NCBI GenBank assembly: GCA_963827235.1
Contig: CAWHAE010000010.1
Coordinates: 256,001-320,000, forward strand
Reading direction: 5' to 3'
DNA from: an uncultured bacterium
GTDB lineage: Bacteria > Chloroflexota > UBA5177 > JANWHV01
Length of the DNA: 64,000 nucleotides
Under the pieces are notes generated by a model. The model searched no databases and was not told the DNA's origin. It saw only the letters and a list, made by a program, of their open reading frames with translations. Positions 32,177 to 42,753 of this stretch are shown piece after piece (within the stretch, counting starts at the first letter, position 1; each line of letters begins with the position of its first letter). Position numbers and translations under genes: made by a program.

Positions 32177-35043
32177 AGATTACCCTCTACCTTCGCTATG
32201 CCACCCGCTCGCTCTGGCGCGGCGGTAGGCGCACCGGGCTGGCCGTCCTATGTGTGACAGTCGGCGTGATGGCCCTGGTCGCGCTGCAACTGATAGGGCT
32301 GATGGCCAACGACGCCCTCACCAGCAACATTCGCGCCGTGAACGGCGGCGATCTTGCCGTCTCACCGGCCGCGGGGAGTTTTACCGCGCCCGACCTGCGC
32401 TTCTTCTCCTGTCTGCGCGCAGGCATCGCACCTGCCGAGCGCGCCTCGTGCGCCGCCGCGCACCTCAAGGCGAACGGAGAGATCCTCGAATACACCGCCT
32501 CTGCCGGTGGCGGAGCTACCGCCTATCCATCGGATGGGCGAACGGTGCTCGTGGTCTTACAGGTGGTGAACACCAGGAGTGACCCTGTCGCCGGGGCTCC
32601 ATACCCGCTGGTGGGCTCGCCGGCCCTCCAGCAGCCACCAGGCGCCGATTTTCAGCGGCTGTTGGCCGCCGGCGCCAACAATGCCATAGTGACCAAGAGC
32701 CTGTTCGATGCCGTGGGCGAGCCCCTGGGATCCACCGTGCGGGTGGCCACTGCCGGCAGCGCGGTCTTCAGGGTGACCATCGCCGGGGTATTGGCCAATG
32801 AGGGCGCCTACGCGCTGGGTACTCCCCAGATGGTGATCCCGCGCACTCTCCTCCGTGCGGTAGCGCCTGATCAGGCAGGCCTGTACAACACGGTCAATCT
32901 GACCACCAGCAACTCGGCGCGTACCAACCAGGTGCAAACCGATGTGCAGGCGCATTTCCCCCTGGTCACCCTGACTACCACCGAGTCCCTCTTGCAGCAA
33001 AGCAAGCAGCAGGTGGATTACGTCCGCAAGTTCCTACAAATCGTCGGCTTGATGGCCTTGTTGATCGGCGGTGTGGGCATTGCCAACACGATGCAGGTGC
33101 TGTTGCGCCGCCGCCGCATCGAGATTGCGATGCTGAAGACCACCGGCTATCGGCGTCGTGATTTGTATGTGCTCTTTGGCCTGGAGGCTGGGTTGCTGGG
33201 GCTGGTAGGCGGTGTGCTGGGGGCGAGTGCCGCCGTGGGCCTGGGTCTCGGCCTCAAGAGCCTGGCCGAGGCGGCGCTGAGCCTTTCCCTCCCCTTTGCG
33301 CTTGACTGGCCCACCGTCGGGTCAGGCGTGCTGATCGGCGTGGTGACGGCCCTGGTTTTTGGCCTCCTCCCGATTGTCAGGGCCACCGCCGTCCGCCCGC
33401 AAACCGTCCTCCGAGAGATCGAGGAGCGGCGTGGCTGGCGCAGCCGAATTGTGACTGCCGGCTTGCTGTGCCTGCTCTGCTTTGTGTTCTTCCTCGTAGC
33501 TACCGCGATCATGGGGGATCTGATCTGGAGTGCCGGTGTGGTTCTTGGCGGCGCGTTCCTGGTGGGAGTACTCAGTCTCGCGTTTACCGGCATCGTCTGG
33601 TTGCTCAGCGCCCTCCCCGTCCCCGAACGGGCGACGCCCAGCTATCTGCTGCTGGTGACCGTGGCGGTGGCGGCCACCGTGGCCCTAACCGTGGCCTCAC
33701 CGGCCTTCGGCCTCCTGGCGCTCCTGGGTGCCCTGCTTGGCTATGCACAACTGTTCTTTCCGCGTCGCTGGAAGGCCATGGTGAAGTTGTGTTTGCGCAA
33801 CATCGGACGGCAGCGAAATCGTACCGTGGCAACTCTTCTGGCGCTCTTTGTGGGCGTCTTCTCGGTCAGTTCGGTCCTGGTCCTGGGTCAGGGCATCAGC
33901 GACAAGCTCCAGAACGGCATTGCCAACAGTGTGCCCTACAATATGATTGCCAGGGTACCGACAGACCAGCAGGCCGCAATCGACGCGGCACTGGTCACCC
34001 TGCCGGGATTGGTCCATGTGGGGGCCGACCAGCCACTGGTGGTCAATACTGCCTACCAACTGACGCCCGTATGCGTCGGCAATAAGCCGATCAGCGCCTT
34101 CATCACCCCTGGGTCCAGCACCAACGCACTGGGCCAACTGAGCAGTGTGCAAGGCTACGATCTGGCGCGCTATCCCGGTGGGGTGCCCAACGTGAGCATG
34201 GCCTCCGGCAATGCTGCCGGCCGGATGCTGACCGTCGCAGACGCCGGCACCACGGCCGTTCTGGCTCGAAGCAGCTTGCGGAACGCTCCCTTCCATCTCC
34301 GGGTAGGCAGCACAGTCACGCTGTTCAACGCACTCGGCGCTGGTCCTGGGGCCAGCGGTGCGGGCAGTGTCGCTTGCGGCACCCTCGGCCAGGGTCGTGG
34401 GCACCAGGGTGTCACCACCGTCACCATCGCCGGCTTCTATAGCCAGCCGTTCCTGACTCTCGACCTGGTCGGGCTCTATGGGAGCGATCGGTTGGTGCGC
34501 GCGATCGGCGGGCGCCAGACCGAGATCACCTGCTATCTCAAGGTGGGCAGCAACCAGACGGGCACCGCGGTACGGCTCCTGGGACTCGCCGCGCCAAAGG
34601 CGTACATTATCAACACATCGGACTTAGCGGTGACAATCAACCAGCTTCTGAGCAAAGTGGTTACGGCGTTGACCGCTGTGGCCGGGCTCACGCTCTTGGC
34701 CGGGATCCTCATTATCGCCAACGCCGTTGCCCTGGCCATGTTGGAGCGGCGACGCGAGGTTGGCATTCTCAAGTCGGTGGGCTATACCAGCCGCACCGTC
34801 CTGGGGCAAGTCCTGGTAGAGAACTGCTTGATCGGCGCTCTGGGCGGCTTCCTGGCGATGGCTCTGGTGACCGCGCTGATTTTCGTGCTCAGCAGGGCAG
34901 TCTTCCAGACGAGCTTGGAGGTGGGGATTCCGATCACCTTCCTGGTGATCCTGGGGACGATGGCGCTGGCGATGACCATCGCCGGGCTGGTCGCCTGGCG
35001 CGCCGTTCGGGTGCGCCCGGTGGAGGTGCTGCGCTATGAGTGA
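32173..35043 (+). CDS. FtsX-like ABC permease (duplicated MacB/FtsX domains)
   Basis: GIANTMQVLLRRRRIEIAMLKTTG and IIANAVALAMLERRREVGILKSVG; ends RPVEVLRYE. Confidence 0.93.
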   Translation: MKITLYLRYATRSLWRGGRRTGLAVLCVTVGVMALVALQLIGLMANDALTSNIRAVNGGDLAVSPAAGSFTAPDLRFFSCLRAGIAPAERASCAAAHLKANGEILEYTASAGGGATAYPSDGRTVLVVLQVVNTRSDPVAGAPYPLVGSPALQQPPGADFQRLLAAGANNAIVTKSLFDAVGEPLGSTVRVATAGSAVFRVTIAGVLANEGAYALGTPQMVIPRTLLRAVAPDQAGLYNTVNLTTSNSARTNQVQTDVQAHFPLVTLTTTESLLQQSKQQVDYVRKFLQIVGLMALLIGGVGIANTMQVLLRRRRIEIAMLKTTGYRRRDLYVLFGLEAGLLGLVGGVLGASAAVGLGLGLKSLAEAALSLSLPFALDWPTVGSGVLIGVVTALVFGLLPIVRATAVRPQTVLREIEERRGWRSRIVTAGLLCLLCFVFFLVATAIMGDLIWSAGVVLGGAFLVGVLSLAFTGIVWLLSALPVPERATPSYLLLVTVAVAATVALTVASPAFGLLALLGALLGYAQLFFPRRWKAMVKLCLRNIGRQRNRTVATLLALFVGVFSVSSVLVLGQGISDKLQNGIANSVPYNMIARVPTDQQAAIDAALVTLPGLVHVGADQPLVVNTAYQLTPVCVGNKPISAFITPGSSTNALGQLSSVQGYDLARYPGGVPNVSMASGNAAGRMLTVADAGTTAVLARSSLRNAPFHLRVGSTVTLFNALGAGPGASGAGSVACGTLGQGRGHQGVTTVTIAGFYSQPFLTLDLVGLYGSDRLVRAIGGRQTEITCYLKVGSNQTGTAVRLLGLAAPKAYIINTSDLAVTINQLLSKVVTALTAVAGLTLLAGILIIANAVALAMLERRREVGILKSVGYTSRTVLGQVLVENCLIGALGGFLAMALVTALIFVLSRAVFQTSLEVGIPITFLVILGTMALAMTIAGLVAWRAVRVRPVEVLRYE

Positions 35044-35759
35044 CCGGACACCAGCCGCCATCGGCCGCACGAGCAGAGCGCTGCCTGGGTGGTGGCTGGC
35101 TCTGAGGGCGGTCCGGCGAATCCTGAGATAGGGACCGGTCGACCGCCGCACTTCTGCGATGCCGTCTGCCGCGCAGCAGCCCGCCGTGTCCAGCGCCAGA
35201 CTAATGCCCAACAGCACGGCGCTGCCCGGGCCCGCCGGTGTCGTTTCGCGCATCCGGAGGGCGTGGCTCGTCAGCGTGAGCAACGCAGGCAGCGCGAAGC
35301 AGCCTGGCGCGCCCTGCTTACCCGCGAACGAGACGAGTGACGTGCGGCCGCTTTTTCATTACTCTGGGTGCAAGTCTCAGAATCTGCAGTGCGCTCAACC
35401 CGACGACGGCTCGGGCCGGCACAGGGCAAGCAGTGATGGTCCGTACATTATGAAGATGCGACAGCACGCAAAGCTCTGCGAGAGGAGCGCAGCATAAGCC
35501 GCTCCGGGCTTCACTCTTGACCAACCCTTTTGCAGTTGCACACTTTATGCGGGTCTGCACTGTAGTGGTCGACGTAGCCTGCGCCAGGCAGCAGCGCGGA
35601 GCTGGCGATCGGATCGGGAGCGCAGCCCGCTCGGCGATTCGAGGAGGTGGAGTTCGCCGATTTGCCTTCGCCGTGGAGATCTTGCGCCTGGGTGCGCAAT
35701 ACGATCGGAGTGAGGAGTCGGCGGCGATTGTCGCCTCAGGGCTTGACCCGCGAGATGCG

Positions 35760-36043
35760 CCGGACTCCAGGCGATGCCGGCCCTCCTGCTGCACCCGCGA
35801 CAGGCCGCCGCGGCCAATCAGGTCGCCGGTCAGGCGGTCGTACGCCGTCCACGTATGGACGCCGTCAGTCACCCACCGCCCGGCCATACGATCCGCTTCG
35901 CCTCCGGGCTTCTCCAGGGTCCAGACGCCGAACCACGCGGCAACCGCCGGGTCCTGAAAGAGCCGCCACACGCTCTCGGCGTGCCGTGGACCGACGGGCT
36001 CCAGCCGAAGACGCGAAGTGAAGCGCACACGCGCCGGATCCAT
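35760..36043 (-). pseudogene. RimJ/RimL-type GNAT acetyltransferase, N-terminal relic
   Basis: FTSRLRLEPVGPRHA...DPAVAAWFG...LIGRGGLS; similarity is lost after RHRLE. Confidence 0.6.
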
Positions 36044-36109
36044 GGGCACAATCTCTCCAGGCAATGGGGTGTCGTCAGCCCGGTGCCTGCGTACCTACGA
36101 AGATACCAG

Positions 36110-36290
36110 AGGCCGCATCAGGGCCAGTACGAGTTGCGAGAACTTCTCCCGTATTCGCCCGCGCGCGAACTGGACTCTGATCGCCGGGTCGACTGTGCCG
36201 TCGATCAGAGCAGCCGGCGTGTCGCGGGCGGAGACGTCCGTGATGTCGCTCGCCATGCTGCTGTCTACTATGTTCACGATTTGAGGTAAC
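36110..36290 (-). mobile_element. IS110-family transposase internal relic
   Basis: NIVDSSMASDITDVSARD..AALIDGTVDPA...ARGRIREK..QL..AL resembles the IS110 segment NIKLSSVASDI.GVSGR....LARGRLR.K. Confidence 0.6.
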
Positions 36291-36758
36291 GGCGCTCTGG
36301 TCGCACGGAGCGGACGTTGGGCTTTTCGCCGAGCCCGCCGCGCATCGAGCGGACTCACGTATGAAGATGCAACCTCACGTTCGCCGTCGTGGGGCGATGG
36401 CCTCGTGAGGTGACGGGTGATCTGGCTGGCCCGACTAGTCGTGCCTGGGCGCAAGGACTTCGGGTTGGGTCATACACTGGACCGAGTTTCAACGTAGAGC
36501 GTGCCCGCCTGCAGGCATGCAGCGTGGCCCACGCCTCTATCGTCGACAGCGCACCTAGCAAGAGGTGGCGAACAGTTGAGCACACGTGGAACCGTGGCGC
36601 AGAGATGCCAAGCGCGCCTGGTAGAGTGCACGCCGCGCACCTAGTCCTCCCGCGGCCACAGAGTGGTATGACGGGGAAAACGTCGGGCTAATTGTCAGTG
36701 TAGAATTGTGTGTGTCCGAGCATCGTATTGATTTCTACAGAAGCAGAAGGGGCTGCAC

Positions 36759-37295
36759 ATGGCCGTCAATGCGTATCTCAACTTTACTCTATATGATGGC
36801 ACCACTCTCACGTCTGAATCGCAGAACACGGTACACCCAGGATGGTCCGAGGTTGCCGACTTCAGCTTTGACATCGAGCAGGTCCTCAATATAGGGTCGG
36901 CCAGTGCGGGCGCGGGTGCGGGGAAGGTCACGTTCAACCCGTTCTCGATCACGAGAAAAGTGGATATCAACTCCCCAATTCTCTTTGAGATGTGCTGCTC
37001 CGGTACACCCTTCAAGTCCGTTGACCTGGCTCTCCGCAGGGCTACCGGCGCCTCCGGTACCCCGAGCGCCACGCAGGATTATCTGGTCTTCTCGTTCAAG
37101 TTGGTCGCCGTGCGCACGATCAGCTGGGCCCAGGGAGATGAAGGGCCCGGTGAGGTTATCACGTTTGAGTATGGCGGATTGGATATCTCCTATTACAAGC
37201 AAAATGCCGATGGGAGTTATGTTGCCAAGCCGGCGTTCGCAGGCTGGAACCGGGTGAAGAATCTTGCGGACACGGCGACTGCGGTCATCCAATGA
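36759..37295 (+). CDS. hcp: Hcp1-family type VI secretion tube protein (orphan)
   Basis: MAVNAYL..SESQNTVHPGWSEVADFSF..GAGAGKVTFNPFSITRKVDINSPILFEMCCSG..EVITFEYGGLDISYYKQNADG..AGWNRVKN. Confidence 0.9.
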   Translation: MAVNAYLNFTLYDGTTLTSESQNTVHPGWSEVADFSFDIEQVLNIGSASAGAGAGKVTFNPFSITRKVDINSPILFEMCCSGTPFKSVDLALRRATGASGTPSATQDYLVFSFKLVAVRTISWAQGDEGPGEVITFEYGGLDISYYKQNADGSYVAKPAFAGWNRVKNLADTATAVIQ

Positions 37296-37831
37296 CAGAC
37301 GGGGAGAATCAGAGTATGAGCATGCTCGAAGAGACCGTAGCCGCGTTGCAGCGCCGGGTAGAGGCGCTCGAGATGGAGAATACCGGACTGCGCCGGCACG
37401 TGCAGGGTCGTGCGCTTGCCGATCAGCCGACGAGCCGCCGCCGCCTGTTGTTCGGCAGTGCGGGGCTGCTTGGGGCGTTGGCCGGAGGCTCGCTGTTGGC
37501 GCACACTTCGGTCGCATCCGCCGCATCCGACCCGCAGGTCGAGGACCGGCAAGTAGCCACCCTTCGCATCTCTCCGACGGTCATGCGCAGTAAAGGCGTG
37601 TACTGGGCTGAACATGCGTGGCACCTGGGACCCCAGTTCAAGGGCGATCGCGCGCCGCTGGTTATTGCCACGGCGACAGACGACTACATGCACCGCGATG
37701 TGACCGTGCAGTGTTCCTGCTCGGTACGCGTTGAGGGGACGCCCGGTGACTATGTTGCGGTCCTGATGGTTCGCGGGATTAGCAGCCACGCACGGAGTGT
37801 CGACGTTCAGGCCGTCGCATTTGGCGACTGA
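37292..37831 (+). CDS. Hypothetical protein: N-terminal coiled coil, then a twin-arginine signal-like segment
   Basis: ATGA overlap with the hcp stop; LEETVAALQRRVEALEMEN; SRRRLL + hydrophobic stretch + ASA. Confidence 0.72.
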   Translation: MTDGENQSMSMLEETVAALQRRVEALEMENTGLRRHVQGRALADQPTSRRRLLFGSAGLLGALAGGSLLAHTSVASAASDPQVEDRQVATLRISPTVMRSKGVYWAEHAWHLGPQFKGDRAPLVIATATDDYMHRDVTVQCSCSVRVEGTPGDYVAVLMVRGISSHARSVDVQAVAFGD

Positions 37832-37839
37832 ATGAGCCG

Positions 37840-37883
37840 GGTGGGCCGTCCCATCGCCTCCAAAGGCGATGGGACGGCCCACC
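37840..37883. terminator. Perfect 20-bp-stem hairpin closing the hcp operon
   Basis: GGTGGGCCGTCCCATCGCCT-CCAA-AGGCGATGGGACGGCCCACC. Confidence 0.75.
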
Positions 37884-38071
37884 TATTGGCCAATCCGAAG
37901 AGCATTGTGGCAGTGGATGTCGGCACTGCACGCAGGATATCTTGACTCTCGGTGCCGGCCACGAGATTGAGAATGCCATTCAGCTGGTCTTGCCCTCGCC
38001 CACTTTATTGGTTGGCCGCCATATAGAGGCAACAAGCCGCTAGCGTGCGTACTGCAGTACGATTGTGGCAA

Positions 38072-39178
38072 ATGCGGAACGCTCTCCACGCCATCGCACT
38101 CATATGGCTCACCTGGGCGCTGGCCGCGGCGCTCCTACCGTTGCACGCCGGCGCGGCTACCAGTGCCGCCTGGCTTACGACGGCGTACGAGGGGTCCGCG
38201 GCAGGGAGCGTCCAGGGCACGCGGCGCCCGGCTGTGCCGAGCTACAGCCTGTCCTATCCGCCGGAGTGGGCTCTCCAGCGGTGGCCCGACACGCTGGCAA
38301 CATTCGGCCAGCTTTCGCTGTGGTCGCCGTCTGGTAGTGTCGTCGACCTCGTGATCGTCCCTCTCAGACCGGGCGGACCGACGCTCCACGACGTGATCGA
38401 CCACGATGCCGCGTTTCTGCACGGCACCACGCGCGAGCCGGTAGCACTTCCTCTCGGCCGCGGCACGCGGCTGACGGGGGTGCCGGCTTCTGCCGGCATG
38501 GTTGAGACTGTGCTCTACGTGCGGCACATGGGCTTCGTGTACCGCATCAACGCCGACACGACGGCCGGCGGCCTACCGGACAGGACACTGGATGTGCTTG
38601 CCGCCGGCATCCACGTGCCCGCCAACGCCGCAGTGTCACCCGCGCGACCACCTTCGCATCTTCCGCCGACGGGATCGTGCTGCCATTGCCCCGCGTGGGG
38701 GTACGGATGGGGGCGCGTCCTCACCAGCCTGGATGGCGTACAGGTCTACTCCAACGCCGGTGACGTCGACAACGGTTGCACGAGCACCTACGGCATCTCG
38801 TATCAGTGCGTGGAGCTGGTTCAACGCTATTTCTCCATCCGGTGGGGCTACCCCGCCATCTGGCAGGGCGTGGCTGCGGCTGCCGACATGCGAACGCACC
38901 ATCCGGCGGGTGTCATCTTCGTGCCGAACGGCGGCTCGCCGGCACCCCGACGAGGCGACTCCGTGCTGTTTTACGGCGGCGGATTCGGGCACGTCGCGTT
39001 AGTGTCTGCGGTCGACAGGAAGGCCGGAATCGTACGTCTGGTTGAGGAGAACTGGTCGCCTACCGGCACCGCCAGCCTGACAGTGTACCCTGACGGGACT
39101 GCCGGCATCCGTGACAGCGCCTTCGGGTCCTATATAGTTGCCGGCTGGCTCCACAGTGTGAAGAACAGGGCGCCGTGA
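38072..39178 (+). CDS. Secreted CHAP-domain amidase
   Basis: Signal peptide; YQCVELVQRYF (Cys), GDSVLF, FGHVALVS (His), LVEENWS. Confidence 0.85.
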   Translation: MRNALHAIALIWLTWALAAALLPLHAGAATSAAWLTTAYEGSAAGSVQGTRRPAVPSYSLSYPPEWALQRWPDTLATFGQLSLWSPSGSVVDLVIVPLRPGGPTLHDVIDHDAAFLHGTTREPVALPLGRGTRLTGVPASAGMVETVLYVRHMGFVYRINADTTAGGLPDRTLDVLAAGIHVPANAAVSPARPPSHLPPTGSCCHCPAWGYGWGRVLTSLDGVQVYSNAGDVDNGCTSTYGISYQCVELVQRYFSIRWGYPAIWQGVAAAADMRTHHPAGVIFVPNGGSPAPRRGDSVLFYGGGFGHVALVSAVDRKAGIVRLVEENWSPTGTASLTVYPDGTAGIRDSAFGSYIVAGWLHSVKNRAP

Positions 39179-39404
39179 TGTACCTGCCGGGGGCGCATCG
39201 CCCGGTGCGTCACGGGCGGTTCTGCGGCTGGCCCTCCTGCGCACAGAGCTCGAGGCGCTGGGGAGCCCTGCGGATGGTCAGAACGACGCCGCAGCGGTCA
39301 CCAGCCAGAGCAGCACGCCACGTTCATGATGATTCCCTGCATTCCGCCGACTGGTGAATTGGGTGCGCCGACTCGCGCTCGCCGTCAGCAGCGACGGCTG
39401 GGCA

Positions 39405-39710
39405 CTCGCTACTGACCCTGCTCGATCCCGACGTCGTGCTGCGGGCCGACCGCACCGTCGCGGCGCGACCGCGGGCGCAGCTGGCCCGTGAGGTTCGCGG
39501 TGCGACGGCCGTCGCCCAAGCCTTCTCCGGGCGGGCCCAGGGCGTGCAACCCGCCCTGGTCGACGGCGCTGTAGGAGCCGTCTGGACGGTGGGCGGCACG
39601 CCGCGCGGTGTCTTCGAATTCCTGAGTATCTCGGGGAAAATCGTCGCCATCGACGTGCTCGCCGACGCCGCCTTGCTGCAGGAGCTTGACGTGCAGATTC
39701 TCCAGGATGA
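39405..39710 (+). pseudogene. ECF41/SigJ-type sigma factor, C-terminal SnoaL-like relic
   Basis: LLDPDVVLRAD...EVRGATAVA...PALVDGAVG...GKIVAIDVLAD. Confidence 0.7.
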
Positions 39711-39788
39711 GCCAACGGGTAGACGACGCTGTTCTCGGGTGTTGCTGGGGCGGCCGGGGTGCTCCCCAAGTCGCTGGACCTGACGTCG

Positions 39789-40658
39789 TCACTCGTGCTT
39801 GCGTGAGATCGTTTCCTCGCCCGCCAGCTCGACCACCAGGCGGCCGTCGCGCTCCACCCATACCCCGCACAAGCCGCCAGCCCCACTTTCTCCCAGTGCC
39901 AGCGGCGTGCCGTCCATATGCAGTGCCGGGTGGTAGAAGCGTGCCACCTGCTCAGCCGCACCGTCAATGTAGTGGCCGATGAGCGCGCGGCGGAACCGGT
40001 CGCGCGTCGTGTTGGGGAAGCTGCCATGCACGAGCGCGCCGTGGAAGAACAGCACGTCACCGGGTGCCATGGACACTGGGCGCACGTCGGCGTCGCGCGG
40101 GAGGGGCACCGTGATGTCGGTAAAGCTCAGTGCGGTGTCCGCCTGCTGGGTGCAGAGAATCGGCCAGTGCTGACTGCCCGGGACCACCTGCAGGCAGCCG
40201 TTGGCCTCGTCGCACGGGTCGAGGGCCATCCAGGCAGCCATGCACGTGCCCGGCTGGGCACGCAGGTAGAAGTTGTCCTGATGCAGCGCCTGGCCGCGCG
40301 ACCCTGCCGGCTTGAAGTAGAGCATGGTCTGCACGGCGTAGGGCTCGCGCCCGATCAGCGTGGTGAGCCAGGCGTTGAGACGGGCATCCAGCAACCAGCG
40401 CAGCGAGACGTCGTCCCAGCGGTGCATGTGGATCATCCGCGGATAGCGCTTGAGCGGGTCAGCGCTCTGCGCGTCCACGCCCGCGAAGTCGCCCTCGTAG
40501 CGGCCGCGACGGCGCAGCGTCATATAGTGCTCGCGCAAGCGCTCGACTTCATCGGGGCCGAACAGCTCATGTGCCACCACGAAGCCGTGCTCTGCATAGT
40601 AGAATCTCGCGTCCCCTGGCACGTGCGCCTCAGCCCCATTAGTCCGTGTCGTCGTCAT
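39789..40658 (-). CDS. Phytanoyl-CoA dioxygenase (PhyH) family protein
   Basis: ALHQDNFY (HxD), WMALD...NGCLQVVPGS, GDVLFFHGALVHGS.PN...R. Confidence 0.93.
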   Translation of the reverse strand: MTTTRTNGAEAHVPGDARFYYAEHGFVVAHELFGPDEVERLREHYMTLRRRGRYEGDFAGVDAQSADPLKRYPRMIHMHRWDDVSLRWLLDARLNAWLTTLIGREPYAVQTMLYFKPAGSRGQALHQDNFYLRAQPGTCMAAWMALDPCDEANGCLQVVPGSQHWPILCTQQADTALSFTDITVPLPRDADVRPVSMAPGDVLFFHGALVHGSFPNTTRDRFRRALIGHYIDGAAEQVARFYHPALHMDGTPLALGESGAGGLCGVWVERDGRLVVELAGEETISRKHE

Positions 40659-41300
40659 ACGCCCCACTCCGCCTGTCCGCTAGTTGTATCAGTTGTCCGG
40701 CAGCCGCGTACGCAGTCGCTCTGCACCGCCGGCCATGCGCCAGCTCTCTCCCGAGCGCCGCACGGTCGCAGTCCCGGTTCGAGCGCTTTCGTCGGCAGCT
40801 GCATGGTGCTCGACCGGGCACGGCGGCCCGCGTGCCGCATGGCCATACATTGAGCATACGCCGGATCTGCGACGCAGCCAGCCGGCGAAAACTCTCGGGA
40901 TGGGACCAGTCGGCAGGCATGCCGTGGACGCTTGGCGATCACTGCCGAGACGACAGGTCACGGAGCGCTCCTTGGGCCGGGCGGGCCGGTAAGATATGAT
41001 CGCAGACCGTAGCCGTCTCGCGGCACCAGCGAACGACGAGGGCGAAGACACAGGGCGCCCTGAAAGCAGCGGGAGGGCAGCGCCTGAGCTGGCGGGCAGA
41101 AGCCGCCGGGAGGCAATGCCCGGCGCATCTGTCCGTGATGCGGCGTGGCGTCAAGGGGAAGCGGCGAAGGCGGCTTGGCATGACGCGAGACAGAGTTCGG
41201 AGACTCCTGCTGCTGGTGCGGCACCGCCAGACATGTCTCGCGCTCAGGCCCCAGGAGCCGCAGCTGACACTGCTTTGAGAGAGTGGGAGGAAACGCTGTC

Positions 41301-42314
41301 ATGCAATCTCGTGAACGGGTCGTGCGCGCTATCGGCTTCGATAGACCCGATCGTCCCCCAATCTCACACGCCATATTGCCATCCGCCCAGTATCACTACG
41401 GTGATGCACTTCAGCGCATCACCGATACCGTGCCGGAAGACTTCGGCTGGGGCCTGCTGCCGGACCTGCCTCCCGAAAGACTGCCGCCGCTCTACAAGGC
41501 AGGGGAGAACAGGGACGAGTTCGGCACGCTCTGGAAAGTGACGCACCAGGGTCGCTGCGGCATTCCCATCGCGTTTCCCATCGCCGCGGACTGGAGCAAC
41601 TATGAACAGTTCCGCTGGCCCGTGTTTGCCGCCGGCGTGCCCCAGTACCGCCTCTATAGCGGGCACATGGCCGGGACCGACAGCGCCTACTACGCGCGGG
41701 GCGGCTGGATCACCTTCTTCGAGCAGTTGCAGCAGCTCCACGGTTTCGAGGCCACACTGGTCGATCTGGTGACGCACGAGCCTATGCTCGCTCGCCTGCG
41801 TGACGATCTGCTCCGCTTCAACCTCGACTGGCTCGACCGGTGGCTGGCCGAGGAGTACCAGGGCCTGCACTTCGCCGACGACTGGGGCTCGCAGACCGAT
41901 CTACTGATCTCACCCAAGCTGTGGCGCTCCTTCTTCAAGCCTGTCTACGCTGCCATGTTCGCGAAGGTCAAGCAGGCGGGCCTCGACGTGTGGTTCCACA
42001 GCGACGGGAACATCCTGGCGATCATTCCGGACTTGATCGATCTGGGCGTCGACGTCCTCAATTGCCAGGTGTCCGTCATCGGTCTCGATCGCCTGCGGCC
42101 CTTCGTTGGCGCGGTGTGCTTTCGCACCGATATAGACCGGCAGCAGGTCCTGCCGTTCGTGACGCCGGCGGAAGTGAAGCGGTTCGTGCACCACCTGTTC
42201 GAGGCGCTCGGCACGGCAACGGGCGGCATCATCGCGTGCGGAGAGGTGAGCGAAGACGTACCGATCGAGAACATCGCCGCGATGTACGAGGCATTCCTCG
42301 ACTTCCGCTACTGA
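41301..42314 (+). CDS. Uroporphyrinogen decarboxylase / methylcobamide methyltransferase family protein
   Basis: SRERVVRAIGFDRPDRPP, DEFG, FADDWGSQ, WFHSDGNI, DLIDLGVDVLN. Confidence 0.9.
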   Translation: MQSRERVVRAIGFDRPDRPPISHAILPSAQYHYGDALQRITDTVPEDFGWGLLPDLPPERLPPLYKAGENRDEFGTLWKVTHQGRCGIPIAFPIAADWSNYEQFRWPVFAAGVPQYRLYSGHMAGTDSAYYARGGWITFFEQLQQLHGFEATLVDLVTHEPMLARLRDDLLRFNLDWLDRWLAEEYQGLHFADDWGSQTDLLISPKLWRSFFKPVYAAMFAKVKQAGLDVWFHSDGNILAIIPDLIDLGVDVLNCQVSVIGLDRLRPFVGAVCFRTDIDRQQVLPFVTPAEVKRFVHHLFEALGTATGGIIACGEVSEDVPIENIAAMYEAFLDFRY

Positions 42315-42753
42315 CCGGCCGTGACTGGCGGCAGCCTGATCTCCCTCGTGCGTGAATACCGCACGCCCGCGATCGCGGCGGCAATGTCAGTGGTAGTACC
42401 GACGCCGCCATTGCAGCTGGACACGAACACATTGGCGACGTGACCACGGCAGTCCGGCACTCCGCCGTGTGCTCGCTCTGCATGCCGAAGGCAGTGTCAC
42501 TGACTCGATATGCCTCAGCCCGCCAGTCTCTACTGGGTCTCCAGCACGCTTCCGGCATACTGCCAGACGTGGAAGGAAGCTCGCGGCATGGGCGCATGGC
42601 TTCGATCAGCACTGCTACCTATCGAGCATGCACCTGCCATTACCGCATGCTCGGTTCACCCCAGGGTCGGGCAGGCGGTGACTTGATGTGGGCAGGGCCT
42701 GATTGGCAGCGTGACTGGTGGCTGATGCGGCCCGGGTACAACACCGGACCCGG

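Noticed and set aside
36110-36700. Bridge RNA associated with the IS110 relic
   Set aside because: Only ~60 degenerate codons of the transposase remain and the element ends cannot be located.
40735-40830. Possible AraC C-terminal relic (SQSRFERFRRQLHG) divergent from the PhyH gene
   Set aside because: The match is too short to call.
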